A stretch of DNA of 60,790 nucleotides from a virus: positions 1-60,790 of the IMG/VR virus record IMGVR_UViG_3300005253_000580; one strand, given 5' to 3'. Below are positions 8,873 to 16,935 of this stretch, piece after piece. Under the pieces are notes generated by a model. The model saw nothing but the letters and a program-made list of their open reading frames with translations, was not told the DNA's origin and did not search any database. The position numbers and the translations under genes were made by a program. Each line of letters begins with the position of its first letter. The stretch's first letter is position 1.

Positions 8873-10096
8873 TCATCTCTCCTCGAACAGCACTCGCGGT
8901 AGCCGCTCCCGCATCACTTCCTTGACGTCAATCTTCTGCATCTCAGTCCACACCTCGCCAGCAGCTTCGGTAGTCAGCCTCACATCCTCGGCCATGTGTG
9001 CCAGATTAGGAAGAATGGGGCGGTTCATGAGGATGCCCCGGTCACGCATGCCCACGATAAAATAGGCCCGCTCCTCTGGGCTGTCGAACTGGATGAGTGA
9101 GCGTGGACCATGACCAATAACTCGATAACCATGAATCTGACATAGGCGTAGACCTTCCATGAGATCATTCCCCATCTCCCAAAGATGCCACACTCCCCAC
9201 TGATCCCAGATGTCCAGCACAGCGTCCGCTGCCGCCAGGGATAGGGCGTTGCCGAAGTGGGTGGAGGAGACGAACACCGGATCGTTGCGCTCGAACCACT
9301 CGAAGTATGCCCTGTGTCCCACGATGGCCGAGATAGGCACACCGTTGCCCAGTGCCTTGCCATAGCACACGATGTCGGGCTTGATGCCGTAGACCTCAGA
9401 GGCACCGCCCAGCGCCCAGCGAAAACCGGTCACCACCTCGTCCATGATCAGGAGAGCGCCCGTCTTGTCACAGATGTGGCGCACGTACTCGTAGTAGTTG
9501 GGCTCAGGGTCAACCATCGGGTGCTCCAAGATGATGGCAGCCGGGGCATCATCTGGCTTCACAACCACGGCCAACTCCACGAGCTGCTGCTTGTCATTGA
9601 ACGGAAGGTCCACGACATTCTGCGGGGCTACCCCCCACGCTGGCGGGGTCTTGCCGATGGACCAGTCTGCCCAGCCCGAGTAGCCCGACGAGAGGACACG
9701 CTGTCGCCCCGTTACCGCCCGCGCCAAGCGCACAGCCATGGTGGTAGCGTCCGTGCCGCTGAGCCCGAAGCGTACACCAAGGGTGTCCGGTGACCAACCC
9801 GGAACATGGGTACCAAGGAGGTTGGCCAGCTTCTCGGCGACCCGTGCTTCTAGGACATGAGGGAGGGAGAAGCCAATGCCCTCGAATGCTTGATCGGCGA
9901 GGCGGCAGCAGAAATCTACATTAGCGTAACCAAGCAGGTTCGCACCCAGTCCCGATACCCAGTCCAGGTACCTGTTGCCAGCACGGTCATAAACGTGCGC
10001 TCCCACACCCCACGCCAGTTCCTTGGGCTCAAAGTCCACGCCCCAGAAGACGGGCGATTTCGAGAAGGTGGCGGCGATGGGGAGAGGCTTAGGCAT
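8873..10096 (-). CDS. Class-III (HemL/GSA-aminomutase-like) PLP-dependent aminotransferase
   Basis: GLSGTDATTMAVRLAR, LIMDEVVTGFR, and the PLP-lysine context CYGKALGNG. The ATG at 10096 is preceded by GGAGGA. The ORF is open to 10180. Confidence 0.8.
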   Translation of the reverse strand: MPKPLPIAATFSKSPVFWGVDFEPKELAWGVGAHVYDRAGNRYLDWVSGLGANLLGYANVDFCCRLADQAFEGIGFSLPHVLEARVAEKLANLLGTHVPGWSPDTLGVRFGLSGTDATTMAVRLARAVTGRQRVLSSGYSGWADWSIGKTPPAWGVAPQNVVDLPFNDKQQLVELAVVVKPDDAPAAIILEHPMVDPEPNYYEYVRHICDKTGALLIMDEVVTGFRWALGGASEVYGIKPDIVCYGKALGNGVPISAIVGHRAYFEWFERNDPVFVSSTHFGNALSLAAADAVLDIWDQWGVWHLWEMGNDLMEGLRLCQIHGYRVIGHGPRSLIQFDSPEERAYFIVGMRDRGILMNRPILPNLAHMAEDVRLTTEAAGEVWTEMQKIDVKEVMRERLPRVLFEER

Positions 10097-10233
10097 TAGG
10101 TTCCTCCACCATCTATAACCCAGCCGATCAAGAGCAAAACTAAGCCACATGCAGCCGAACCTATCAACACCACCCACCATATAAGCGAAAGTATAGTGAG
10201 AACGTTGAGGAGAGATTCGAGTAGCACTTCCAT
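10096..10233 (-). CDS. Hypothetical 45-aa hydrophobic (TM) micro-protein
   Basis: Hand translation gives MEVLLESLLNVLTILSLIWWVVLIGSAACGLVLLLIGWVIDGGGT. 1-nt overlaps with both flanking sugar genes. Confidence 0.4.
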   Translation of the reverse strand: MEVLLESLLNVLTILSLIWWVVLIGSAACGLVLLLIGWVIDGGGT

Positions 10234-10895
10234 CACGCCCTCACCACTCCCAGCACACTGAGCCACCCGAAGTCCTCACCCAGCGCTGCATAGACGCCAC
10301 GCACATACTCCATATCCTCCTCAGTATCCACTGACCACTTCAGCGCCGAGAGGTCATCGGCGTGCTGAAGGTGCCCGCTCTTGTAGGTCTTGCGTAGCCA
10401 CGTCGTGACGTGCTCCCGGTCCTTCTGCGCCGTCTTACGGTCTGCTTGGCGTAGTGCCTCGATGGTGAAGGCCTCCACATCGAGGCCATCAGGGTAAGTG
10501 CGGGGGTCCACGTTGTTGAGGTAGGGCGCGTTGAGCGCCGCATGAGCCGCCACTACTTCGTCAATCAATCCTGGGTCAATCAGGGGGCAGTCAGCCGTGA
10601 TCCGCACGATGACGGTAGCTCCCGTTATCGTCGCCACGTCCGCGTAGCGCCCCAGCACATCCCCCTCAAAGTGACCACCGCGTAGAACGCTGATATCATT
10701 GGCTTGGCAGAAGCGCACGATCTGCTGGTCGGCCCCTGAGAACGAGGTGGCCACCACCACTGAACCAACTAACTCCGCCCGCTTCACCCGCTCGTAGACA
10801 CGCTGAAGCATGGGCTTGCCGCAGACATCCTGGAGCACTTTGCCGGGTAGGCGGGACGATCCCATACGGGCTTGGATGATGGCGACTGTGTTCAC
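10233..10895 (-). CDS. Cytidylyltransferase, SpsF/PseF-like (CMP-nonulosonate synthetase family). GTG start.
   Basis: IIQARMGSSRLPGKVL is the N-terminal signature of this family. Confidence 0.8.
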   Translation of the reverse strand: MNTVAIIQARMGSSRLPGKVLQDVCGKPMLQRVYERVKRAELVGSVVVATSFSGADQQIVRFCQANDISVLRGGHFEGDVLGRYADVATITGATVIVRITADCPLIDPGLIDEVVAAHAALNAPYLNNVDPRTYPDGLDVEAFTIEALRQADRKTAQKDREHVTTWLRKTYKSGHLQHADDLSALKWSVDTEEDMEYVRGVYAALGEDFGWLSVLGVVRA

Positions 10896-10956
10896 ATCGC
10901 CTCCAGGTCAACCGCTATCCTTTTCAATGCTTCTTCGGTCGTTTCGCTAGCCATTC

Positions 10957-11244
10957 TCACCACCCCCTGAACTCTAGTAGCTTCCTATCCAGCTTGGCTA
11001 TCTCGTCGTCGGTCCGTGCTATCCGCTCCAATGTTCCCATCTGCGCCATGCGGTAGGCAACGCCCAGGAATAGCCCCGCAAAGGCAAGCGGAAACAGCAG
11101 CGCAAAGGCCCACGGTATGCCTGCCTCCCTCAATGGAACAAGAGAAGCACTCGCCGCTAGAATCCCGCCACCGAGCACCAGGTGAAACTCACTGTATACT
11201 ACGTCCCAGAACCGATGCCAGTCAGTCTTCTTCCTGGTGCTCAT
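10957..11244 (-). CDS. Membrane protein (2 predicted TM helices)
   Basis: HLVLGGGILAASASLV and IPWAFALLFPLAFAGLFLGVAY are hydrophobic stretches. Confidence 0.55.
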   Translation of the reverse strand: MSTRKKTDWHRFWDVVYSEFHLVLGGGILAASASLVPLREAGIPWAFALLFPLAFAGLFLGVAYRMAQMGTLERIARTDDEIAKLDRKLLEFRGW

Positions 11245-11255
11245 ACTACTCCCCC

Positions 11256-11600
11256 TTAGCGCCCCAGAAGCGCTTGGATGGCGTAGAACTCAGGGTTGAG
11301 GATATGCAGGATAGGGGACATCACGGTAAGCATTGCCACCGAAGCAATCAGCCCCAGGATTATTAACCCCCCCCAGGCCACAGCCGTGCCGTTTGTATCA
11401 GATGTCATTTCCCGCTTAACCCATTTACCAGCTTTCCGAGCCACCACAAACAAAAGGGTGGCAAATGCTAAGCGTAGCGCTCCGGCCACTACACCCCAGC
11501 TTAGTTGCTGTCGCACGTATATCCCCCACACCTCGGTACCCATAGGTCCAAGGCGCTCCACTAGCATGTCCAGGATTCCGCCAATGTCTTCAGGATTCAC
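11256..11600 (-). CDS. Membrane protein (multi-TM)
   Basis: WGVVAGALRLAFATLLFVV and WGGLIILGLIASVAMLTV are hydrophobic stretches. Confidence 0.55.
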   Translation of the reverse strand: MNPEDIGGILDMLVERLGPMGTEVWGIYVRQQLSWGVVAGALRLAFATLLFVVARKAGKWVKREMTSDTNGTAVAWGGLIILGLIASVAMLTVMSPILHILNPEFYAIQALLGR

Positions 11601-11613
11601 GATCTAGCCTCCC

Positions 11614-12069
11614 CTACGCAACGTCACATATCAAGCATATCCATCCCATCTCTTCTAACCGCCTAACATCCTTGTCTTGGTGAGACGCTGAGCAATAGGC
11701 GTAAGCCACTACTCGCGCACTAGCCGTCTGAAGACAAGACCAGAAGGGATCCACTACTGGCTCCATACATGTCACGTGGCAGCACACTATGGGCCTGACC
11801 TGTAAGGTTGCTCCTGAAAGAGACCAGTCCAACTCCCAATTCCGGAAACCTTTTCCTGAATTGACATCAAACTCCACCCCAGCCGAGCGTAAAAGTCGCT
11901 CGGCCTCATAGACCATGTGACGCTGTTCGGTTGTTATCAGGGACATATCAATCTTGAGCGTGGCATAGCCGTTGGAGAAATCCACTCTGGCAACAGAAGC
12001 ATATATTTCGTGGCTGAATCTCTCGGCTAGCTGTTGAGCGTGTTCATGCGCTTCACCCAATAAGTCCAT
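11614..12069 (-). CDS. Hypothetical protein
   Basis: 151-aa ORF on the operon strand. No motif recognised. Confidence 0.55.
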   Translation of the reverse strand: MDLLGEAHEHAQQLAERFSHEIYASVARVDFSNGYATLKIDMSLITTEQRHMVYEAERLLRSAGVEFDVNSGKGFRNWELDWSLSGATLQVRPIVCCHVTCMEPVVDPFWSCLQTASARVVAYAYCSASHQDKDVRRLEEMGWICLICDVA

Positions 12070-12089
12070 GCCTAGTATCCCTTGCCTTC

Positions 12090-12275
12090 GTGCCTAACAT
12101 GTGGAAGGCCCTCTTTCGGCAGCGCCAGGCCGTGGAGTGGGCGTTTTCCAGGCTCAAAGGGCAGCGTTCCTTGAACCGGATTACGGTGCGGCGGCGAATG
12201 AAGGTGACTACGCACTGCTACCTCTCCCTGATTGCAATGCAGGCGGCCTCATGTATAATGTCACTGGCTGTCTGA
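12090..12275 (+). pseudogene. C-terminal remnant of an IS4/IS5-superfamily DDE transposase
   Basis: FRQRQAVEWAFSRLK fits the (Y/F)-x2-R-x3-E-x6-K signature. ...RITVRRRMKVTTHCYLSLIAMQA is a typical transposase tail. Only about 60 aa remain, on the opposite strand to all neighbours. Confidence 0.55.
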
Positions 12276-12303
12276 ACCTAGCCTGTGCTGGTCTAGGACG
12301 GCA

Positions 12304-12335
12304 CGAACTCACAAGGTGAAAGCCTTGTGAGTTCG
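12304..12335. other. Perfect 13-bp stem / 6-nt loop hairpin downstream of the IS remnant
   Basis: cgaactcacaagg-tgaaag-ccttgtgagttcg. There is no U-tract on either strand. Confidence 0.6.
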
Positions 12336-12349
12336 GCGTTACGGCCATC

Positions 12350-12562
12350 TCACCATGCCTGCTGGCCCTCCGCGGACGTTACTGAAGCATTACCCTCAGT
12401 GACTGCTACCCTCCACCCCTCTTCTTCGTCCTTAACAACCACCCAGCGCCAGCCCAACCCTGCGCTCGTGAGTGCATCTGCCACATCCCCGGCACAGAAG
12501 GAGCAGCGCCCGTCCACTACCGCTATAGCCGTTGCCACAGCCTCTGCTTCCCAATTCGTCAT
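12350..12562 (-). CDS. Hypothetical protein
   Basis: 70-aa ORF whose ATG is in an ATGA overlap with the TerL stop. Confidence 0.45.
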   Translation of the reverse strand: MTNWEAEAVATAIAVVDGRCSFCAGDVADALTSAGLGWRWVVVKDEEEGWRVAVTEGNASVTSAEGQQAW

Positions 12563-14067
12563 GGTGCCATTCTCTCCATCAACTCTATCTCGCTCCGTTC
12601 ACGCCGTCCCGTTGGCTCCAGCCACCAGTCGGGAATAGCCGAGCCCTGGAGTAGCAGGAGTGCCATAGTGGTGGTGTCCACCCAGTCGTCGTGGTCTGCG
12701 CTGGGGAACTCCAGGTGCTCAGCCTTCCACTCCTGAAGCCACGGGGCCTCCGGCGGGAGCCACACACGCATCGAGGCGAATATGTCCGTCACGGCATGGG
12801 CACGGGCCAGCTTGCCTCGCTCCTCTTTCCACCCTTGCACCTGGAGACCCTGGCTCTGCATCTGCTGCACCAGGCTGATCCCGCTAGCCTTATACTCCAC
12901 CCAGGTCCTATTGGGTTTGATTCGCTCTATGTGCCGTTCTACGAGATGCTTCAGATCGGGGAAGCCTACCTTCCAGCGCCCAGCGTCCAGCAGGTAGAGG
13001 TTGATTCCGCGACGCCCCCACGTGGCGGTAGCGGACCAATCGGCCTCCTGCCCCTCCTCGAAGGCTGTGTCCCAGACGGTGATGATGTCCTCCAGTATCT
13101 CCCGCGAGAATACCTCTGGAGGTAGAGGCACCATCTCCTCTGCCAGCGCTCGCCGCTCCTCCTCAGTGGGCACCCGCCAGGACTGCCACCACTCACCCCT
13201 GAATACATTACCCTCTTCCTCTCCAATATCACCCTGATAGACGCGGCGGAAGGTAAGGGGTGCCAGTGTCTGCTCACGCTGGAGGCGCTCAATAGACCAT
13301 CGCTCAGGCCATAGGGCAGTGCCGTCGTCCTGGATCGCCTTCTGGTGGATGAGAGTCCATTCCCTCTGGAGAAGATGGGCGGCGAGGTCACCGGAGTGCC
13401 AGCGCGTCATGATACAGACGGCTACGCCCTTGTCTGTGAGTCGGGTCAGCGCCACACGGTCCACCTTCTCTATGATCTTCTCGCGCTGATACCGAGTAGC
13501 CGTGTTCTCCAGGTCGTTCACGTCGTCGAGGATAAGCACATCAGCGCGGGGACCAGCAGGAAGCTCGGCGATTCCATAGGCTGAGAAGCTGGGGTGGGGG
13601 TCGGCTATATTGGGCCTCTTGAGATACCAAGCATGACCCGCCGTGCCACGACGGTCATCCAGCTCAACACCGGGAAAGGCATCGTGGAATTCAGCGCTAT
13701 CCCTGATAGTGTCCCTAACCGCCAGGCTCTTGGCAACCGCTAGGCCAGCAGCGCTGGACAGGTAGATAATATGAAGGCTAGGGTCTTGCCCCAGTAGCCA
13801 CGCAGGCCAGTGAACGCCAACCCACTGCGTCTTCGCGTAGCCAGGAGGGGCAATGATCAGCAATGGGTTATCAGGACTCACCTCAGCAAGCGCCTCTAGC
13901 CACACCTTATGGTGTATGGCGGGCGGGAGACCGTGAACAATGCGACCATAGTCGCCAAGGGTGGGCGGGGGAGGCGGCACTACGGTAGCCTTTGCCTCCT
14001 GAATACGCCGTACTACTTCAGTCAGTGCTGGGGTAAAATCCGCAGGACCATGAAGGAGCTGGTTCAC
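12559..14067 (-). CDS. terL: Terminase large subunit
   Basis: Walker-A-like IIAPPGYAKT, Walker-B-like VLILDDVND, and a C-terminal nuclease-like region. 4-nt overlap with TerS. Confidence 0.85.
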   Translation of the reverse strand: MNQLLHGPADFTPALTEVVRRIQEAKATVVPPPPPTLGDYGRIVHGLPPAIHHKVWLEALAEVSPDNPLLIIAPPGYAKTQWVGVHWPAWLLGQDPSLHIIYLSSAAGLAVAKSLAVRDTIRDSAEFHDAFPGVELDDRRGTAGHAWYLKRPNIADPHPSFSAYGIAELPAGPRADVLILDDVNDLENTATRYQREKIIEKVDRVALTRLTDKGVAVCIMTRWHSGDLAAHLLQREWTLIHQKAIQDDGTALWPERWSIERLQREQTLAPLTFRRVYQGDIGEEEGNVFRGEWWQSWRVPTEEERRALAEEMVPLPPEVFSREILEDIITVWDTAFEEGQEADWSATATWGRRGINLYLLDAGRWKVGFPDLKHLVERHIERIKPNRTWVEYKASGISLVQQMQSQGLQVQGWKEERGKLARAHAVTDIFASMRVWLPPEAPWLQEWKAEHLEFPSADHDDWVDTTTMALLLLQGSAIPDWWLEPTGRRERSEIELMERMAP

Positions 14068-14576
14068 GGTGCTGGTAGTTCCTTTTGCTCAATACCTAAG
14101 CTAAGCACTCCCGTTAGAAGTTCCTCCTCGGATATACCACTTTCCTCAGCGAAAAGCTTGAGCCGCTCCGTCAGGATATCCCAGCGATCACGACGACCGA
14201 AGAATGCTGGGAACCGCCTTTCGAGTAGCCATGCGTCAGCCGCCCACTCCCCTTTGCTATAGGTCTCATGGACAGTAGTTACACCTGTCCTCTCGTTGGT
14301 AGTAGTGGTCCGAGATAACACCTGTCCACCCTCAGCAGCTCGGCTAATACGGGCAACCCGTGTAAGAATAGCATCCGCCTCTGCCCTCGCGATATCTAGG
14401 ACGAAAGTGACAAAGCGTCCACTAGTTTGCTCTTTCCCCTGAAGCATCCAACGGTCCAATGTGCGGTAGCTGATACCCCCATGAACAGCAGCGACCACTA
14501 AGGGGTTGCCATCGCGCACAGCCTGCACGATATGCGCCGCAGCGGCTGGGGTGAACTTGCTGGGCCGACCTGCCAT
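14064..14576 (-). CDS. terS: Terminase small subunit (HTH DNA-binding)
   Basis: MAGRPSKFTP...GISYRTLDRWM is an N-terminal HTH typical of TerS. Lies directly upstream of TerL. Confidence 0.65.
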   Translation of the reverse strand: MAGRPSKFTPAAAAHIVQAVRDGNPLVVAAVHGGISYRTLDRWMLQGKEQTSGRFVTFVLDIARAEADAILTRVARISRAAEGGQVLSRTTTTNERTGVTTVHETYSKGEWAADAWLLERRFPAFFGRRDRWDILTERLKLFAEESGISEEELLTGVLSLGIEQKELPAP

Positions 14577-16507
14577 CAGAGCCCCATCCCTACCTGCGCC
14601 TCGCGCCCCACAGCCATATCGTAATATTCCTGCTCCTTCTCGATGCCGATAAAGCTGAACCCCTCAGCCAAGGCCGCGATGCCAGTAGTGCCGCTGCCCA
14701 TAAAGGGATCTAAAATGAGACCATTCGGAGGACACACGAGGCGGCATAGCCAGCGCATGAGATCCACAGGCTTCTGCGTTGGGTGCATGGACCGCCCGTT
14801 CTCCTGCTGACGCTCGGAGGGCGACACCTTAGCTGTATAGAAGAAGCGGGAGGCACCGCCTGAGTCAAGATAGCCAACTGTCATGCGGTCTTTACTGCTT
14901 GCGGGACCAGAATACACAGGGCTATTATGGTTCTCGCGCGTGAATCCTGGAGCGCTACCCCCTCGCTCCCCGCTCTGCTCGTCCAGCAAGCGCACGGCGC
15001 AATCAGGGGCGCACTCCCAAGCGGCTACGGTCTCGGTACCATCAGGGGCGTAATTCTGTCTCGGATTACGTTCATAATTCTTTCCTGACATTGAGGTATT
15101 TTCTGATTCTGCTAGATGGTGCGTGGTTAGTAAGGTGCTTGACTTCACCTGCTTGGTGCCCACCTCCACGCACTCAGGGCTGTGGGCCAGCACCAAATTA
15201 GCCGGCCATCGACCTATATCCCCAGCAACGCTCTCAGTTTGACGTTTTCCGCCTCCGCCTCGGCCAGCCGCCTCATTATTCGCAAATGCTCCTTGCCGTG
15301 TTCTGTCCACTCCGATAGGACTAGATTTTCTATCCGGTTGTCCTTCTTGTCCCCGTTGATGTGGTGCACCATCTCTGTACTCAGTAGTGGTCTCCCTAAT
15401 GCTCTCGCCATTACCAGGCGGTGTTCCCTCACCTGGCGAACGTTCGGGTCTAGCAGCAACGCCTTGTCGGTATCCGGCAGAATGTCTACCCGTAGGTCTT
15501 GATACCCCTCCCGCTTGGAGTCCCACCGACCACCCTTCCACCTGGGGTTGTTCGCTCCCATCATCACTTTCGACCGGCATGGTAGACTGCAAGTCATTGG
15601 TAATTTTGCGCGGTTGATTTGACTTATCCACCGCTTCATCGGCTTGCCGCAACCCGCGCAATTCATGTCGCGCACTCGCTCGCGCCTCCGCTTTTCGGCT
15701 GAGGCCCTGACCGCCGCTTCTGTTCTCTTCTTCATAGGTACTATTATGGGTCTTGATACGGTTGCTGTCAATGTTTATGCCGCCTACACCCCATCTCAGG
15801 ACGTTGGCGGCTACCGTGCGCTCACTGAGGGGCTTGCGGCAGAGGGCAATTATTTCCCACGATGGCTTCAGCGCTGTGCCCCAGCCATCCCACTGCTGAG
15901 CGGCTTCGGTGGCGGGAGTAGTTTGACTGAATTCACCAGCGTAGTCACCGTAGGCAACCTTGCCATCCTCAAGACGTGTCCGCCCCCAATTCTGTTGTCG
16001 CCCCACAACCTCGCGCTCAGCACCTGCCGCCTTGTCTATGGCCTTGCTCACCGAGGCGCTTTTCGGAAACCCACTGCCGTAGAGCCAGCAGAGGGTGTCC
16101 CGTATCTCAAACCCGGCGTCCTCCAGAGCCACCATGAGGCGATGGTGAGTTCTCGTTGAGCCGAAGGCCACGAGGTGCCCTCCAGGTTTGAGAACGCGCA
16201 AAGCTTGAGTAGCCCAGTTGTAGGACCATTCCTGAAACGCCAGGTTACCTTTGGTGGAACGGTCGTAAGCACCAGCATAATCACTCCGAGTGAATCCACT
16301 TGTTGTGCGACCTGACGCCAAGCGCGATGCACTGGGCCCCATAGCCTCACGCTTCCGAGCAGCCTCTTCAATCTCCGCGCCATCCCATGCTTTACCCATA
16401 AAGCGAATTCCATACGGAGGATCGCACACGATGGCATCCACGCTGTCGGGCTCCATGCTCGCCATGTGCTCAACGCAGTCGGCTAGGACGTGCTCGGGGT
16501 TAGGCAT
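14576..16507 (-). CDS. DNA methyltransferase (beta-class N6A/N4C, DPPY ... FxGxG order) carrying a roughly 175-aa insertion. The ORF is open to 16609; the likely start is the ATG at 16507.
   Basis: IVCDPPYG (motif IV) is N-terminal and LDPFMGSGTTGIAA (motif I) is C-terminal. A low-complexity stretch lies between GGINIDSNRI and GRWPANLVLAH. Confidence 0.8.
   Translation of the reverse strand: MPNPEHVLADCVEHMASMEPDSVDAIVCDPPYGIRFMGKAWDGAEIEEAARKREAMGPSASRLASGRTTSGFTRSDYAGAYDRSTKGNLAFQEWSYNWATQALRVLKPGGHLVAFGSTRTHHRLMVALEDAGFEIRDTLCWLYGSGFPKSASVSKAIDKAAGAEREVVGRQQNWGRTRLEDGKVAYGDYAGEFSQTTPATEAAQQWDGWGTALKPSWEIIALCRKPLSERTVAANVLRWGVGGINIDSNRIKTHNSTYEEENRSGGQGLSRKAEARASARHELRGLRQADEAVDKSNQPRKITNDLQSTMPVESDDGSEQPQVEGWSVGLQAGGVSRPTGRHSAGYRQGVAARPERSPGEGTPPGNGESIRETTTEYRDGAPHQRGQEGQPDRKSSPIGVDRTRQGAFANNEAAGRGGGGKRQTESVAGDIGRWPANLVLAHSPECVEVGTKQVKSSTLLTTHHLAESENTSMSGKNYERNPRQNYAPDGTETVAAWECAPDCAVRLLDEQSGERGGSAPGFTRENHNSPVYSGPASSKDRMTVGYLDSGGASRFFYTAKVSPSERQQENGRSMHPTQKPVDLMRWLCRLVCPPNGLILDPFMGSGTTGIAALAEGFSFIGIEKEQEYYDMAVGREAQVGMGL
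15214..15771 (-). CDS. HNH homing endonuclease (type B) nested out of frame inside the methyltransferase ORF
   Basis: REHRLVMARALGRPLLSTEMVHHINGDKKDNRIENLVLSEWTEHGKEH plus an N-terminal CAGCG...CSLPC zinc motif. Same strand as the MTase, and 16609-15771=838 is not a multiple of 3. Confidence 0.75.
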   Translation of the reverse strand: MTATVSRPIIVPMKKRTEAAVRASAEKRRRERVRDMNCAGCGKPMKRWISQINRAKLPMTCSLPCRSKVMMGANNPRWKGGRWDSKREGYQDLRVDILPDTDKALLLDPNVRQVREHRLVMARALGRPLLSTEMVHHINGDKKDNRIENLVLSEWTEHGKEHLRIMRRLAEAEAENVKLRALLGI

Positions 16508-16715
16508 CAGCCCTCTTCCGCTCCCTGTACGCTTTGTCCCTACAGGACACAGAGCAGTACCTGCGCGTAGCGAGGCCGAGTATGACCGCGCCGCACACAA
16601 CGCACTCACCCTCTACCCGTGGCCTCATGGCAGCGAGAGCGCGGGCAGCGTCAGTAGCGTTAGTCATAAGCCAGGCCCAGGGCCATTCTCCCAGGGACAC
16701 CGATGGTTGGCCCAC
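16500..16715 (-). CDS. Small zinc-ribbon protein
   Basis: CVVCG...YCSVSCRDKAYRERKR. Confidence 0.5.
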   Translation of the reverse strand: MGQPSVSLGEWPWAWLMTNATDAARALAAMRPRVEGECVVCGAVILGLATRRYCSVSCRDKAYRERKRADA

Positions 16716-16854
16716 TACTTAGCTGTTGCCTTGTGTTTGTCAACTCATTCACAAAGCAGCCGTATGTGGTGGTGAGGATTCCAGCGTTCTGGTTACCCTG
16801 CTGACGGGCCATCGATTCCTCACTTGGGCGTCTCTCTTCCGCCACCTGGCTCAT
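16660..16854 (-). CDS. Hypothetical first gene of the leftward arm (possibly leaderless)
   Basis: The ATG lies 6 nt downstream of a TAGAGT -10 element, with no SD. Overlaps the next ORF by 56 nt, so it is uncertain. Confidence 0.35.
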   Translation of the reverse strand: MSQVAEERRPSEESMARQQGNQNAGILTTTYGCFVNELTNTRQQLSSGPTIGVPGRMALGLAYD

Positions 16855-16860
16855 GCGCTT

Positions 16861-16889
16861 ACTCTACCACACTCGCTATGGTTGCGCAA
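16861..16889 (-). promoter_or_regulatory. Putative sigma70-type promoter, leftward arm
   Basis: Minus strand reads TTGCGC-17 nt-TAGAGT, then 6 nt to the ATG at 16854. Confidence 0.35.
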
Positions 16890-16935
16890 CCCCACTAAAT
16901 GGCGTAAGGTGGGGTCGTTTCAGGGGTTATCCCTA

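Noticed and set aside
9257-9793. Long antisense or alternative-frame ORFs inside well-supported genes, e.g. 9257..9793(+), 27473..28234(-), 29283..30263(-), 34592..35461(+), 41192..41896(+), 37002..37631(-), 47533..48015(+).
   Set aside because: They overlap genes with clear family motifs. They translate to Arg/Pro/Gly/Ala-rich low-complexity sequence and lack RBS or coupling. This is typical shadow-ORF behaviour in high-GC DNA.
10892-10954. 20-aa micro-ORF (MASETTEEALKRIAVDLEAM) filling the gap upstream of the cytidylyltransferase.
   Set aside because: Too short and without distinguishing features. The gap could equally be an untranslated spacer carrying the SD for the GTG start.
15214-15771. 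Intein in the DNA methyltransferase.
   Set aside because: The HNH ORF is in a different reading frame from the methyltransferase, and no intein splicing blocks (N-terminal Cys/Ser ... terminal HN-Cys/Ser/Thr) flank the insertion in the host frame.
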